Positions 54,110 to 64,000 of a stretch of DNA of 64,000 nt are shown here, in pieces. Source of the DNA: Nostoc sp. (lineage in GTDB: Bacteria; Cyanobacteriota; Cyanobacteriia; Cyanobacteriales; Nostocaceae). The translations under genes were made by a program, and so were the position numbers. A model generated the notes under the pieces. The model did no database searches and was not told where the DNA came from. It saw only the letters and a program-made list of their open reading frames with translations. The stretch's first letter is position 1, and each line of letters begins with the position of its first letter. The stretch is from NCBI GenBank assembly GCA_036918135.1, contig JBALDB010000039.1, positions 32,001 to 96,000 on the forward strand, in the 5' to 3' direction.

Positions 54110-54485
54110 TACCTGACCTCCCGTTAAAAAATAGCTTTAGGTAGGCTTCCTAGTGTTACACAGATCTATTCTGGAAGCCACCACCCAAATTCTAATCTTT
54201 TAGTTAAGAAGCAGCTGCTTAATATTACAATTTTGCAATTATTTGTGAAAAAAAATATACCAATCAATAAGTATTAATATCCGTGATGAGTACGCTTGAT
54301 TGTGGACTATGCTGCATTAGTTAGTAGCAAATTTTATTAGATACAGAGGAATTGGTTATTTGTTTCTCGCTTGTTATTCCCTGGCGATTGCTTCTGGTTT
54401 TGTGTGAGAGATAATGGCGATCGAAGAAAATAATTTAGGTATTTATGAGTGGTATGTGTGGGTGGCGATCGCACTTTTACTCACT

Positions 54486-56159
54486 TTATTCCTGCACAGT
54501 CATTGGCAGACAAATGGTGAAAGTAGAACCAACTCCCGGCTGACTGTTGACAATAATTTCTCCACCCATCATTTGGCAAAAGTGACGGCTAATTGCCAAA
54601 CCAAGTCCTGTACCGCCGTACCTTTTGGTAGTCGATGTATCTCCTTGTGTAAAAGGTTGAAATAACTGCTGCTGTTGACGGTGAGACATACCTATACCTG
54701 TGTCGCTCACAGTAAAAGTAATGCTCCCCAAAGGAGCTTCTAGTTTCAAGTCATCTTTTTCTCTTTTGACTGTCAGCGTCACCTTGCCGTTTGTCGTGAA
54801 TTTGGCTGCGTTACTCAATAAATTTAATAATACTTGGCGCATCCGAGTTTGATCGGCGAACATAGTGCCAAGTTGCTCATCCAAATCTACTTCTAAGACA
54901 TTGGCATTTTTTTCTATAGTTGGTTTGACTGTAAGCACGACATTATGAATCAGCGTTGCAATCTCAAAAGTCTCTGGATAGAGAGTCATTTTCCCCGCTT
55001 CAATTTTTGACAAGTCGAGGATTTCGTTAATCAAATGCAGTAAATGTTTACCAGCAGAGTTAATTGTTTCTAAGTCTGTAATAAAGTCTGGCGATAAACC
55101 AAGATCGGTAGCGTCGTCTTCTAAAAGTTGGCTCAAACCAATCACAGCATTCAAAGGTGTGCGTAACTCATGGCTGACATTTGCCAAAAATATGCTTTTT
55201 GCCTTGCTAGCAGCTTCAGCTAATTCTTTGGCTTGTTGTAATTCTTTAGTTCGTTCAGAGACTCCCTCAATCAAACGATTCAGAGATTTGGCGAGTAGAC
55301 CAATTTCATCTTCAGTGGTAATGGGAGCTCGCAAATCGAAATTAGATTTCCTCGCCACTTGCTCAGCCACTTGGGTAACAACGATCACTGGCTCGGCGAT
55401 CGCTCGACTAGTGCGCCAAGCGATGATAGCTGCGATCGCTACCGAAACCAGCATACTCGCAATCACGATGAATCGTTCAACTACTTTTGCTTGCTCAACG
55501 GATTGTTGCCTTTGTTGCTCTTGATCTTCAGCAGCTTGCAGGATATTAGTCAGGTTTTGCGAAAGCTGATCTAGCCGCATAGCTGTTTCACTACGCATGA
55601 TTTTTAATAACTGCGATCGGGCTAAAGAAATCTCCTGAGGCAATACTTGCTGGGAATCAATTTTTTTTAAAACCGCCTCAATTTGGTCAACATAAGCTTT
55701 TAAATTAGTGTTGTAATCCTGCAATAACGTCTGCAAAGTAGAACTTGTTGCAGCTAGTCTTTGGGGGTTAGTCTCGATAAATCCGTTAATTTCTGACTCT
55801 AGTTGCTGAGCTTTTTCAAAACTTTTGAGAAAATCAGCTTTTTTGCTTTCCAACCGTTGTGAATTTTCCAACAGAGCAACTAAATTAAAACTATGCAATT
55901 GTGCCCCTACTACTGCATCTTTATAATTACTCAGTAGTTGTCCTTGCTCGTGGGCTTGATTTAATTGCCTGACTTCCCTTCCTCGGTAATAGTTGGCGAT
56001 TACCAACCCAGTGAGTGAACCAAAAAAGCCAATTCCAATAGCTACAAAGTAGCCATAGCCAATTTTTTGATGAATGCGCCAAGAACTGGCTTTGAGTTTC
56101 CCTCGTGAGGGAAATTCTATAGTCGGGAGTTCGTCTGTTGATGGTTCTGACGCTGACAC
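54486..56159 (-). CDS. Membrane sensor histidine kinase (2 TM, HAMP, HisKA, HATPase)
   Basis: [30 protein letters not shown]. Confidence 0.93.
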   Translation of the reverse strand: MSASEPSTDELPTIEFPSRGKLKASSWRIHQKIGYGYFVAIGIGFFGSLTGLVIANYYRGREVRQLNQAHEQGQLLSNYKDAVVGAQLHSFNLVALLENSQRLESKKADFLKSFEKAQQLESEINGFIETNPQRLAATSSTLQTLLQDYNTNLKAYVDQIEAVLKKIDSQQVLPQEISLARSQLLKIMRSETAMRLDQLSQNLTNILQAAEDQEQQRQQSVEQAKVVERFIVIASMLVSVAIAAIIAWRTSRAIAEPVIVVTQVAEQVARKSNFDLRAPITTEDEIGLLAKSLNRLIEGVSERTKELQQAKELAEAASKAKSIFLANVSHELRTPLNAVIGLSQLLEDDATDLGLSPDFITDLETINSAGKHLLHLINEILDLSKIEAGKMTLYPETFEIATLIHNVVLTVKPTIEKNANVLEVDLDEQLGTMFADQTRMRQVLLNLLSNAAKFTTNGKVTLTVKREKDDLKLEAPLGSITFTVSDTGIGMSHRQQQQLFQPFTQGDTSTTKRYGGTGLGLAISRHFCQMMGGEIIVNSQPGVGSTFTICLPMTVQE

Positions 56160-56961
56160 TTCTTTGCTTTCTGAACTGCTGTTGATAGAGGTTGGCTTTT
56201 GAAGTTGGCATTTCTCAAACCTCCTTGCCTTCCCGCAAACATCACCAAATCAGTCTAGCTTGTGCAAACACTTCAACGGTGATTAACATCTAGATTATCC
56301 TCTTTTATAGCAAGAGCAAATCATTACTCACTAGATAATTAGCATAAGCTTATGCTATGGACTAGGGACACTTCGACATAGTTCGACTCCGCTCACTAGC
56401 CGCTTAGTGCATCGTTGGGGATTGAGGACTGGGGATTAGCAAAATTTGCAATATCCACAATCCAATCTCTAACGTGCATATCATAAAACCGTTTTAAAGT
56501 CTAGTATACGCGAACACAGAAAAACTCATATTACGTATTAATATCAATACCAATGCGCTGATTAAGCATCCCGCCTTAAGATAGCTTTAATATGGAATCT
56601 AATCGACTTTTAAGCTTATATAAATGAGAAGTGGATTGATTTTTGCATGATTTGTACTTAGATTTAGTACGATTATGAGCAAATGACACGGGATCGGATA
56701 ATCTACAACCTGAGGATTCTAGCTGATGATAAAAAATACAACTCAGAAAGTTGATTATAATACATTTTGCTGCCTTTTGAGTTATATCCTCCTACTGACT
56801 TTCTACCTTGTAGTTGATGCAGTAGATATTACGGGGCAATTATGGTTATAGGATACTAAAACCGTTTTCTGCTCTTGACCCAATTGTAGTGGAGTGTATT
56901 ACCTAATCAACAGCCTTTCGGTTGTAATCATCGAGATTAGAAAAACTCAACTCTCAAATTT

Positions 56962-57411
56962 ATGGAAGTGAAAATGCCAGAACAAGAATTTACGGAAACC
57001 ACATCTAAAGAGGCTACAGTGCCAGAAATCAACTCTCAAACGGGAACTATAACCAAACTCCAGCCGCCAGCGCAGCCTCAAGATGAATGGCTAAAATACG
57101 GAGAGCAAATTTCTAGCTTTTTAGCAACATTGCCCGAATATGTAGCAATCTTCTTTAATCGATATAAGCAGCCTCTGGTTACCATTGGTTTAATTTTGGG
57201 AGCGATTGTTGGGGTTAAAGTACTCTTAGCGGTATTAGATGCTTTGAATGATATTCCCTTAGTAGCTCCTACTTTTGAGTTGATTGGTATTGGTTACTCT
57301 GCTTGGTTTATTTACCGCTATTTACTCAAAGCCTCAACAAGGAAAGAGTTAACCAGTGAAATCACTACTCTTAAATCACAAGTTGTCGGTAAAGAAATTC
57401 CAGAAGCTTAA
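56962..57411 (+). CDS. CAAD-domain (CurT/CURT1-like) thylakoid membrane protein
   Basis: LDALNDIPL..FELIGIGYSAWFIYRYLL..TRKEL. Confidence 0.88.
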   Translation: MEVKMPEQEFTETTSKEATVPEINSQTGTITKLQPPAQPQDEWLKYGEQISSFLATLPEYVAIFFNRYKQPLVTIGLILGAIVGVKVLLAVLDALNDIPLVAPTFELIGIGYSAWFIYRYLLKASTRKELTSEITTLKSQVVGKEIPEA

Positions 57412-57779
57412 TATCTGAACTATCGCTTCTCCTGCAAAGATGTCACGCTATTGCTAAGCGTAGCCTCTTTTGTGGGAGAAGTTTTGCTCTAAATAAACCC
57501 AAGCTGGTCGGGTTGTACAACAAGGAACTTTTGAAGAACTAGCTGCTGTTGAGGTTTATTTGCCCAGTTAATGGCTCGCCAAATGGCGTAGAAAACCAGA
57601 AAACCGCCCCCCAGCTCCTTACCCCCTGCGGTCTTAATCATAAGTCTTTCACCCAGACACGATATCATCTCCTCATCCCCCACTTTCCCTAAGACAGTCT
57701 GTCAAAGATTTTTTAATTATGTGGAGAATACAGAGAAGGCATTACTTAGGGTAAATTACACTAAAGTCTTAAATGGAGA

Positions 57780-58565
57780 TTGTCGATGCAACTTCTCGAA
57801 TTTCCTCGTGTTGCAGTCATTGCTGGAGAAAATGCGGTTCGCGTTTCTCAACTACCCCCTATATGGCAAGAGATTGCGAGAGGAACCACGAGTGTGGGAC
57901 TTTCCCATCCCCAAACTTATGTTGAAATGGCACAGTTGTTTCTATACAAGTTAGAGCATGGTGATGTTGATTTGTTTAGCGATCGCCCCCAACTAGCTCA
58001 CTTAATACCGTCATTCTCCCAAATTTTTGCACAGCTAGCGTGGGAAACCCTAGAATTTTTTGGACAAGACTTTAACAAACACAGCTATCCAAATTTTACA
58101 GAAATTCTCCGCGATGTGGAATCAAAGGGAATCGAGTATGCCGAGCAAGTAAAAGTAGCTCGTATAGGTATAGACTTATTCAATGAATTTGGCTATGAAC
58201 TGCCTGCTAGCTTCTATCACGTACATTTAGCACCAATTTATCGGGATCATATTTTTGAAGAACGCGCTTTACGATTTGACCCCCGTGATATAGAACACAA
58301 ACGTGCTTGGGATGCCATACTCCATGCAGGCAAGGTATTTGCCATTCAAATGAAAGTGCAAAGCATTGCCTCAAAATATGGTTTTACCTATCAACATGGT
58401 TGCGGTTGCAACTCTCACCTATCTTCCATCGATCCTGCACGTGGGGCGTTTGAGTATGAATTGAGTCCCGAAAAGCGCCAGCGATGGCTTCGCAGTTTCA
58501 TCTGGACTGCTTGGTATGAGTATGCCTTCTTTGCGCTCGTACCTAATACGAGTTATTTGGTGTAA
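57780..58565 (+). CDS. Hypothetical protein with HGCGCNSH motif
   Basis: 261-aa ORF with normal composition. Confidence 0.75.
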   Translation: MSMQLLEFPRVAVIAGENAVRVSQLPPIWQEIARGTTSVGLSHPQTYVEMAQLFLYKLEHGDVDLFSDRPQLAHLIPSFSQIFAQLAWETLEFFGQDFNKHSYPNFTEILRDVESKGIEYAEQVKVARIGIDLFNEFGYELPASFYHVHLAPIYRDHIFEERALRFDPRDIEHKRAWDAILHAGKVFAIQMKVQSIASKYGFTYQHGCGCNSHLSSIDPARGAFEYELSPEKRQRWLRSFIWTAWYEYAFFALVPNTSYLV

Positions 58566-58671
58566 AAGGGACTAGGGAGGTGGGGAGATGAGGGAGATGG
58601 GGCAGAGGGCGGGGGAGAAAATTTTCCCCTCTGCTCCCTGCTCCCTGCCTCTTCCCATGCCCGATGCCCTT

Positions 58672-59202
58672 TTAGACATTCTCATCCAAAATTGTCCCCT
58701 CTATATTTGCCCCCTCCAAATTTGCTCCGTTTAAATTTGCCTGATTTAAATCTGCTTCGGTAAGATCTGCTTGGGATAAGTCGGCTACGGTTAAATCTGC
58801 GCCACTCAAATCGGCTCCATTTAAATTTGCAGCAATTAAGCTTGCTTCCTGTAACTCCGCCTCACTCAAGTTAGTTTCAATTAGCTTGGCAACCGTCAAA
58901 TCAGCGTGACTCAAATTAGCTCCATCCAAATTTGCTCCTTCCAAGATAGCGCCATCCATAATCGCTCCAGATAAGTTGCTACCACTGAGGTTGGCATTGC
59001 TCAAATCTGCTCCATTCAAGTCTGCCTCAATCAAACTAGTTTGCGCTAAATTGGCGTGACTCAAATTAGCTCCATCCAAGATGGCTCTATCTAAAATTGC
59101 ACCTTTGAGGTTTACTTCCCTAAGGTTTGCCTCACTCAAATTGACAGCAGTAAAATCTCTTATACCTGCGGCGTAATTTTTCAGGAGTTGTTCTGTATTC
59201 AT
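58672..59202 (-). CDS. Pentapeptide-repeat protein
   Basis: LLKNYAAGIRDF followed by A(N/D)Lxx repeats. Confidence 0.93.
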   Translation of the reverse strand: MNTEQLLKNYAAGIRDFTAVNLSEANLREVNLKGAILDRAILDGANLSHANLAQTSLIEADLNGADLSNANLSGSNLSGAIMDGAILEGANLDGANLSHADLTVAKLIETNLSEAELQEASLIAANLNGADLSGADLTVADLSQADLTEADLNQANLNGANLEGANIEGTILDENV

Positions 59203-59466
59203 ATCTGTTTTGCGTCTGTTGCTCTGCTAAAGAACGTTGAATTGAAGCTATTCAAATGGGCAGGAATCCCCAGCACGCGCTACGGAAGCTCTAGATGTGG
59301 AGTAGGTACAAAGTTACCTGTCCCTACTTTAGCCATTTTGAACTGCTGGTGCTACTACCGAGAGTTGTGAATTACTCTCATACTTGAGAGAGATGTTTAG
59401 GAATTATTTAAGCATTTATGCCAAGCGATCGCTATACTCTATTGTGGTATTCGTCTGGCAGAGGTT

Positions 59467-60357
59467 ATGGCAAAACCAATTCGTATTCTTTTGCAGACTA
59501 CAATTCCTACGACTGAAAATGATTGGAGTATTTTTCGTTTCTCGTTGTTGCAAGATTACTTAGCATCAATTAAAGATGAAGCGGGAAATTCTTTATTTGA
59601 AGTCACAGGACGCGATTACGAATCAGATACAGTAGATGGTGACCCAATATTAAGTACTCTCGACAAATCAGATTTTGATGAACTTTGGCTATTTGGTTTA
59701 GAAGTAAATCATGGTTTAACCGAAAAGGATATTGCCGGAATTAATGCTTTTCGGCAACGCGGTGGTGGGATTCTAACAACACGCGATCATCAAGATATGG
59801 GTTATTCGATGTGCGGTTTAATTGACATTGGTGATGTCCATTATTTCAACACAAAAAACCCCGATCCCGATGAATCTCGCTGGAGCCGAGATGATTCATA
59901 CACCACTTATATCTCCTGGCCTAATTATCATTCTGGGGCTAACGGTGATTATCAAAAAATTACCATTGTTGAACCGATTCACGAACTTTTCAAAAATCCC
60001 AATTCCCCTTCGGGACATATCGAATTGTTTCCATCGCATCCCCACGAAGGCGGTATTGGTGCGCCTGTGGGCAATGATAATGTGCGGGTAATTGCCTTAG
60101 GGAAAAGTTTAGTGACTAATCGTAAGTTCAATCTTGTTGTAGTGATTGAGCATCATCAGGATCGACAAGGAAATACACTAGGACGAGCAGTAGCTAATTC
60201 CAGCTTCCACCATCTAGTAGATTACAACTGGGATATTGAAAAAGGCTGTCCCACTTTTGTAGATGAAGCACCAGGAGATGGTATGAAAAAAGAGCCACGC
60301 GCTTTGGAAGATATCAAAACCTATGTGCGTAATGTCGCTTTCTGGCTAGCAAATTAA
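59467..60357 (+). CDS. Conserved hypothetical protein, possibly class-I glutamine amidotransferase-like fold
   Basis: GAGG RBS; FDELWLF, FRQRGGGILTTRDH, HPHEG, SSFHH. Confidence 0.7.
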   Translation: MAKPIRILLQTTIPTTENDWSIFRFSLLQDYLASIKDEAGNSLFEVTGRDYESDTVDGDPILSTLDKSDFDELWLFGLEVNHGLTEKDIAGINAFRQRGGGILTTRDHQDMGYSMCGLIDIGDVHYFNTKNPDPDESRWSRDDSYTTYISWPNYHSGANGDYQKITIVEPIHELFKNPNSPSGHIELFPSHPHEGGIGAPVGNDNVRVIALGKSLVTNRKFNLVVVIEHHQDRQGNTLGRAVANSSFHHLVDYNWDIEKGCPTFVDEAPGDGMKKEPRALEDIKTYVRNVAFWLAN

Positions 60358-60669
60358 TTTAAAAGGGTGTGGGGTGTGGAAACCCACGCGCAAATAGTAG
60401 GATTGAAATAAGAACGCCGTATTTCATCGCACTACGTGTCTCGAAATACATCTTTTTTTTGGAGCGGCTCTTACCCACCCCGAATGAGGATCTTTCTCTT
60501 CCCCTACACCCACAAAGTTCTGGGATTAGGGACTGAATTCTTACCCCCAGTAGCCAATGTCTAATCTTCAGTCCCTTTTACATACTCAATACAAATTGTA
60601 GGTACACAGTCGAAACTCGCTTTCTGCCTTGTTTAAGTACCCAAGGAAGCAAATAGTAATTCTCTGGTT

Positions 60670-61467
60670 TTAGGTTACTATAGGCAGCTGCCCTAAAGTA
60701 TTCTCTAAATTAGAACTATCATCACATAAAAGTTTCATTACCTCATCTTTATATTTCTGAAATATGGGATAACGCTTGATTTGAGGATCGTATTTACTCG
60801 GCAATTGAATTTGCAATTCTTGCTTAATAGTTCCTGGTAGCGAGCTGAATACATAAATGCGTTGAGATAGAAAAATTGCTTCCTCAACATCATGAGTAAT
60901 CAGAAAAATCGTAGTATTTGTGTTCTGCCAAATTTCTAATAGAAATTGCTGCATTACTTCTTTAGTCTGCACATCTAACGCCCCAAAGGGTTCATCCATA
61001 AGTAAAATTTTAGGTTTAGATGCTAAAGCGCGAGCGATCGCCACGCGTTGTTTCATCCCACCAGAAAGTTCCTGCGGTAGCGCCTTGGCAAATCGTGACA
61101 ACCCCACCATTTCTAAATAATAAGCAGCTTGTTGTCTTCTGAGTACTTTCGGTACACCTTGTAGCTTTAAGCCAAATTCTACATTTTCTAGTGCATTCAT
61201 CCAGGGATAGAGAGTGTAGCTTTGAAATACCATACCGCGATCGCACCCCGGCCCTGTGACGCGTATCCCATCAACCAGGATCTCTCCCCCTGTTGGAGTT
61301 TCTAACCCTGCAATTAACCGCAGTAAAGTTGATTTACCACAACCACTTGCTCCTACTGCACAAACAAATTCACCTTCTTCTACATGCAAACTAATATTTT
61401 TAAGTACAGTCAAGGAACCGCGTCTAGTTTGAAATTGTTTGTGGAGTTGATTAACTTCTAAATGCAT
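60670..61467 (-). CDS. ABC transporter ATP-binding protein (TauB/SsuB/NrtD type)
   Basis: GASGCGKST, LSGGMKQR, MDEPFGALD. Confidence 0.95.
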   Translation of the reverse strand: MHLEVNQLHKQFQTRRGSLTVLKNISLHVEEGEFVCAVGASGCGKSTLLRLIAGLETPTGGEILVDGIRVTGPGCDRGMVFQSYTLYPWMNALENVEFGLKLQGVPKVLRRQQAAYYLEMVGLSRFAKALPQELSGGMKQRVAIARALASKPKILLMDEPFGALDVQTKEVMQQFLLEIWQNTNTTIFLITHDVEEAIFLSQRIYVFSSLPGTIKQELQIQLPSKYDPQIKRYPIFQKYKDEVMKLLCDDSSNLENTLGQLPIVT

Positions 61468-61509
61468 AAAAAGCCAATTCTTAAATGGAAATTTTTTATC
61501 TTTAATATC

Positions 61510-62358
61510 TTAATCTTTAGCCCACCTACAACATACACGTAGTAACAAGCGAAACAAAAGGTCAATTGCTAACCCAATTAAGCCAATTACAATTAATCCA
61601 GCAAAAATTTCATCTGTTTTTAGATATCTTTGAGCAACACTAATCCTACGACCTAAACCTTCTGTTGCTGCTACTAATTCTGAAACAATTACTAAATTCC
61701 AAGATGCTGCTATGTTAACACGACAAGCATCAATAATATTGGGGAGAATAAATGGTAAAATTACTTGTAATAAAACTTGTTTTCTTTGACCTCCTAAAGT
61801 GTAAGTACTTTCCAACAAATGCTGAGGAACAAATTTCACTGCATCCATCACCATTAAGGTGTTAAAAAATAGTGTGCCGATAAAAATCAGCATAATTTTT
61901 GGAGTTTCTCCCAGTCCAAAATATAAAATTAGTAAAGGAATAAAAGCTGGGGCTGGCATATAACGTACAATGCCAATGATTGGTTCTAATAATGCCCTAA
62001 TACTAGCAAAAGTCCCCATTAAAGTACCTAAAGGAATGGAAACAATTGCCGCTAGGGAAAAACCAGCTATCACTCGAAACAAGCTAAAAACAATGTCTTT
62101 TTGTAAATCACCACTTACTGAAAGTCTTTGAAATGCACCCCAGACTTGATTAGGGGTAGGCAAAAATAAAGATGAAATTAATCCAGTATTAGAAACAACC
62201 CACCACAAAAGTATCGGGATCGTGATAGACAAGAACATCAAAGTCCAAGCTAAATTTTGGGGAATATCCTCAGCAATGCGCCAAAAAATCGTTTGTGGTA
62301 ACATTTTTTGAGGAAGCTGAGAATTTAATTTCTTCAAGTCTTGAGTGTGTTGGTTCAT
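61510..62358 (-). CDS. ABC transporter permease (TauC/SsuC type)
   Basis: SLFRV, RYMPAPAFIPL, SELVAA..GLG. Confidence 0.93.
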   Translation of the reverse strand: MNQHTQDLKKLNSQLPQKMLPQTIFWRIAEDIPQNLAWTLMFLSITIPILLWWVVSNTGLISSLFLPTPNQVWGAFQRLSVSGDLQKDIVFSLFRVIAGFSLAAIVSIPLGTLMGTFASIRALLEPIIGIVRYMPAPAFIPLLILYFGLGETPKIMLIFIGTLFFNTLMVMDAVKFVPQHLLESTYTLGGQRKQVLLQVILPFILPNIIDACRVNIAASWNLVIVSELVAATEGLGRRISVAQRYLKTDEIFAGLIVIGLIGLAIDLLFRLLLRVCCRWAKD

Positions 62359-63392
62359 GATTTCTGCTTCGCGGCGTAGGCTTTTACAAAGCGGTCATCA
62401 AAGATTTGATTCAGATTAGGTGCTTGTTTTGTCAAACCAGCCTCAACAAGAAATTTGCTAATTCTACCAGCAGCATAACTCAATGATTTCATGTCATTAC
62501 CAGGACTAAAAGCTTGCAAATTTTCTTCTATAGAAAAGATTTTAGTACCTGCATCGTATGCCTTATATTCTGCAACTGATACACCAGCGCGTTTTGCCAT
62601 AACTTCATAAGCTTTGCCTGAGTTGGCTTTGATAAAATCTAGAGTAGCAAACCAAGTATTCACTAAAGCTTGTACATCTTGTGGACGTTCGTTAATGAGT
62701 TTGCGGCTGACAACTAAATGGTCAGGAATCGCACCAGGAAAGTCTTTAGAACTAAATAATTCTTTACTACCAGAACGTGATAAAGCTTTTGTAGTGAAAG
62801 GTGCAAAAACTCCAACTGCATCAACTTGACCCGCTACAAAAGCAGCTGCGGCTGCACCTGTTTCTAGTGGCTGAAACTGAATATCAGCTTGAGTTAAACC
62901 TACTTTCGATAAACCAAGTAATAACAGAAAATGGTCAACTGTTCCTTCTTCAGCAGCAACTTTCTTACCTTTTAAGTCAGTAATACTATTGATTCCTTCT
63001 CGGACAATAATTTTGTCATTACCAGTTGAATTATCATTGACTAAAACAATTACTTGATCTGAACCTGCTGCTACTGAGCTAATGGTATCATTCAAAGTTT
63101 GGGTATTGGCATTCAGTTGATCGGCTCGTAAAGCATTAATAGAATCTAAGTACCCATCAAACCATTTTAAATCTACATTAACTTTGTTTGTCTCAAATAA
63201 CTTTTGCTCTTGGGAAACTTGCCAAGGAAACCAACCAGGCCAAGCACTAAAACCGACCTGGATTGGTGCAGTATTAACTGAAGTTTTGGAATTTTGCGGT
63301 GTATTAGTTTCGGGATTTCGCGTACAACTGACTGCGATAACAAGCGTGAGTAAAAAGATTGTGAGTAGAGATGATAGCTTACGAATATTCAT
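62355..63392 (-). CDS. ABC transporter substrate-binding lipoprotein (NMT1/SsuA-like; probable guanidine binding)
   Basis: Lipobox AVSC, WPGWFPW, NDNSTGND, FPGAIPDH. Confidence 0.85.
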   Translation of the reverse strand: MNIRKLSSLLTIFLLTLVIAVSCTRNPETNTPQNSKTSVNTAPIQVGFSAWPGWFPWQVSQEQKLFETNKVNVDLKWFDGYLDSINALRADQLNANTQTLNDTISSVAAGSDQVIVLVNDNSTGNDKIIVREGINSITDLKGKKVAAEEGTVDHFLLLLGLSKVGLTQADIQFQPLETGAAAAAFVAGQVDAVGVFAPFTTKALSRSGSKELFSSKDFPGAIPDHLVVSRKLINERPQDVQALVNTWFATLDFIKANSGKAYEVMAKRAGVSVAEYKAYDAGTKIFSIEENLQAFSPGNDMKSLSYAAGRISKFLVEAGLTKQAPNLNQIFDDRFVKAYAAKQKS

Positions 63393-63611
63393 TGTATTTA
63401 CCTTTAACTTACGCTTTGTTAGTAGGTCGAATGAAAAAATATTTGCTTATAAATTTTATGCATTTATCTAATATCTAGTTAATCAAATTTAAACTTATTT
63501 GATAAGTCGAGGCTCTAAATTTTTATAAACGATTTAGGATTGCTATAATCATTTATAATCGGCAGGTGAAACAACATTGAGAATTGCTGCTGTAGATGTA
63601 GAATTTTGTTG

Positions 63612-64000
63612 TTACTGCAAAACTTGTGATGTCTCTCGATTCACCACTACCTGTCTACGCACCCAATTAAACCAAATTTCTAATCCTTCGTCTGTTTTAG
63701 TAGAAATAGGAATAATTTCAACATCGGGATTCATTTGACGGACGTTTGCTTCAATGCGGCTAATATCAATATCTAAATAAGGAGCCAAATCTGTTTTTGT
63801 AATCAGCAAACAATCAGCTTCTTGAAACATAATTGGATATTTCAGTGGTTTATCTTCGCCTTCAGTAATGCTTAATAAAGCAACTTTGGTGTGTTCTCCC
63901 ACTTCAAATTCAGCAGGACAAACTAAATTACCAACATTCTCCACCAGCACTAAATCAAAGTCAAAAGGATTGTATTCGTGTTCTAGTCGATGAATTCCAC
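63612..64000 (-). CDS. hypB: HypB-family Ni-insertion GTPase (3' part; runs off window)
   Basis: [30 protein letters not shown]. Confidence 0.93.
   Translation of the reverse strand, partial: GIHRLEHEYNPFDFDLVLVENVGNLVCPAEFEVGEHTKVALLSITEGEDKPLKYPIMFQEADCLLITKTDLAPYLDIDISRIEANVRQMNPDVEIIPISTKTDEGLEIWFNWVRRQVVVNRETSQVLQ

Overview
Chromosomal window from a heterocyst-forming cyanobacterium (Nostoc-like). The basis for this is frequent HIP1 GCGATCGC octamers, heptamer STRR arrays, small dispersed repeats and photosynthesis genes. Most of the window is housekeeping: tRNA-Leu(CAA), a lactate/glycolate oxidase, murA, ndhCKJ, rubA-ycf48-psbEFLJ, psaI, rpsF, argG, phoX, rpsB-tsf-orf-recG, a GH13/CBM20 glucanotransferase, sppA, the 2-oxoglutarate decarboxylase/SSA dehydrogenase pair, and the 3' part of a hypB-ABC transporter (guanidine-type) operon. 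Accessory features are a HicAB pair, a frameshifted pentapeptide gene, a caspase-GUN4-TM-GUN4 protein and an island at about 46-50.6 kb. The island holds two co-oriented STAND/AAA-like ATPases: one membrane-anchored with a 12-bp repeat tract, the other with an EAD9-like coiled coil. The second ATPase has an in-frame N-terminal HTH killed by four clustered stop codons and is preceded by a 21-bp palindromic tandem array. Also notable are a probable ATT start for murA, nested miniature repeats inserted in-frame into genes, and a probable inversion of the rpsB-recG block. All family calls come from motif recognition by eye; no database search was run.
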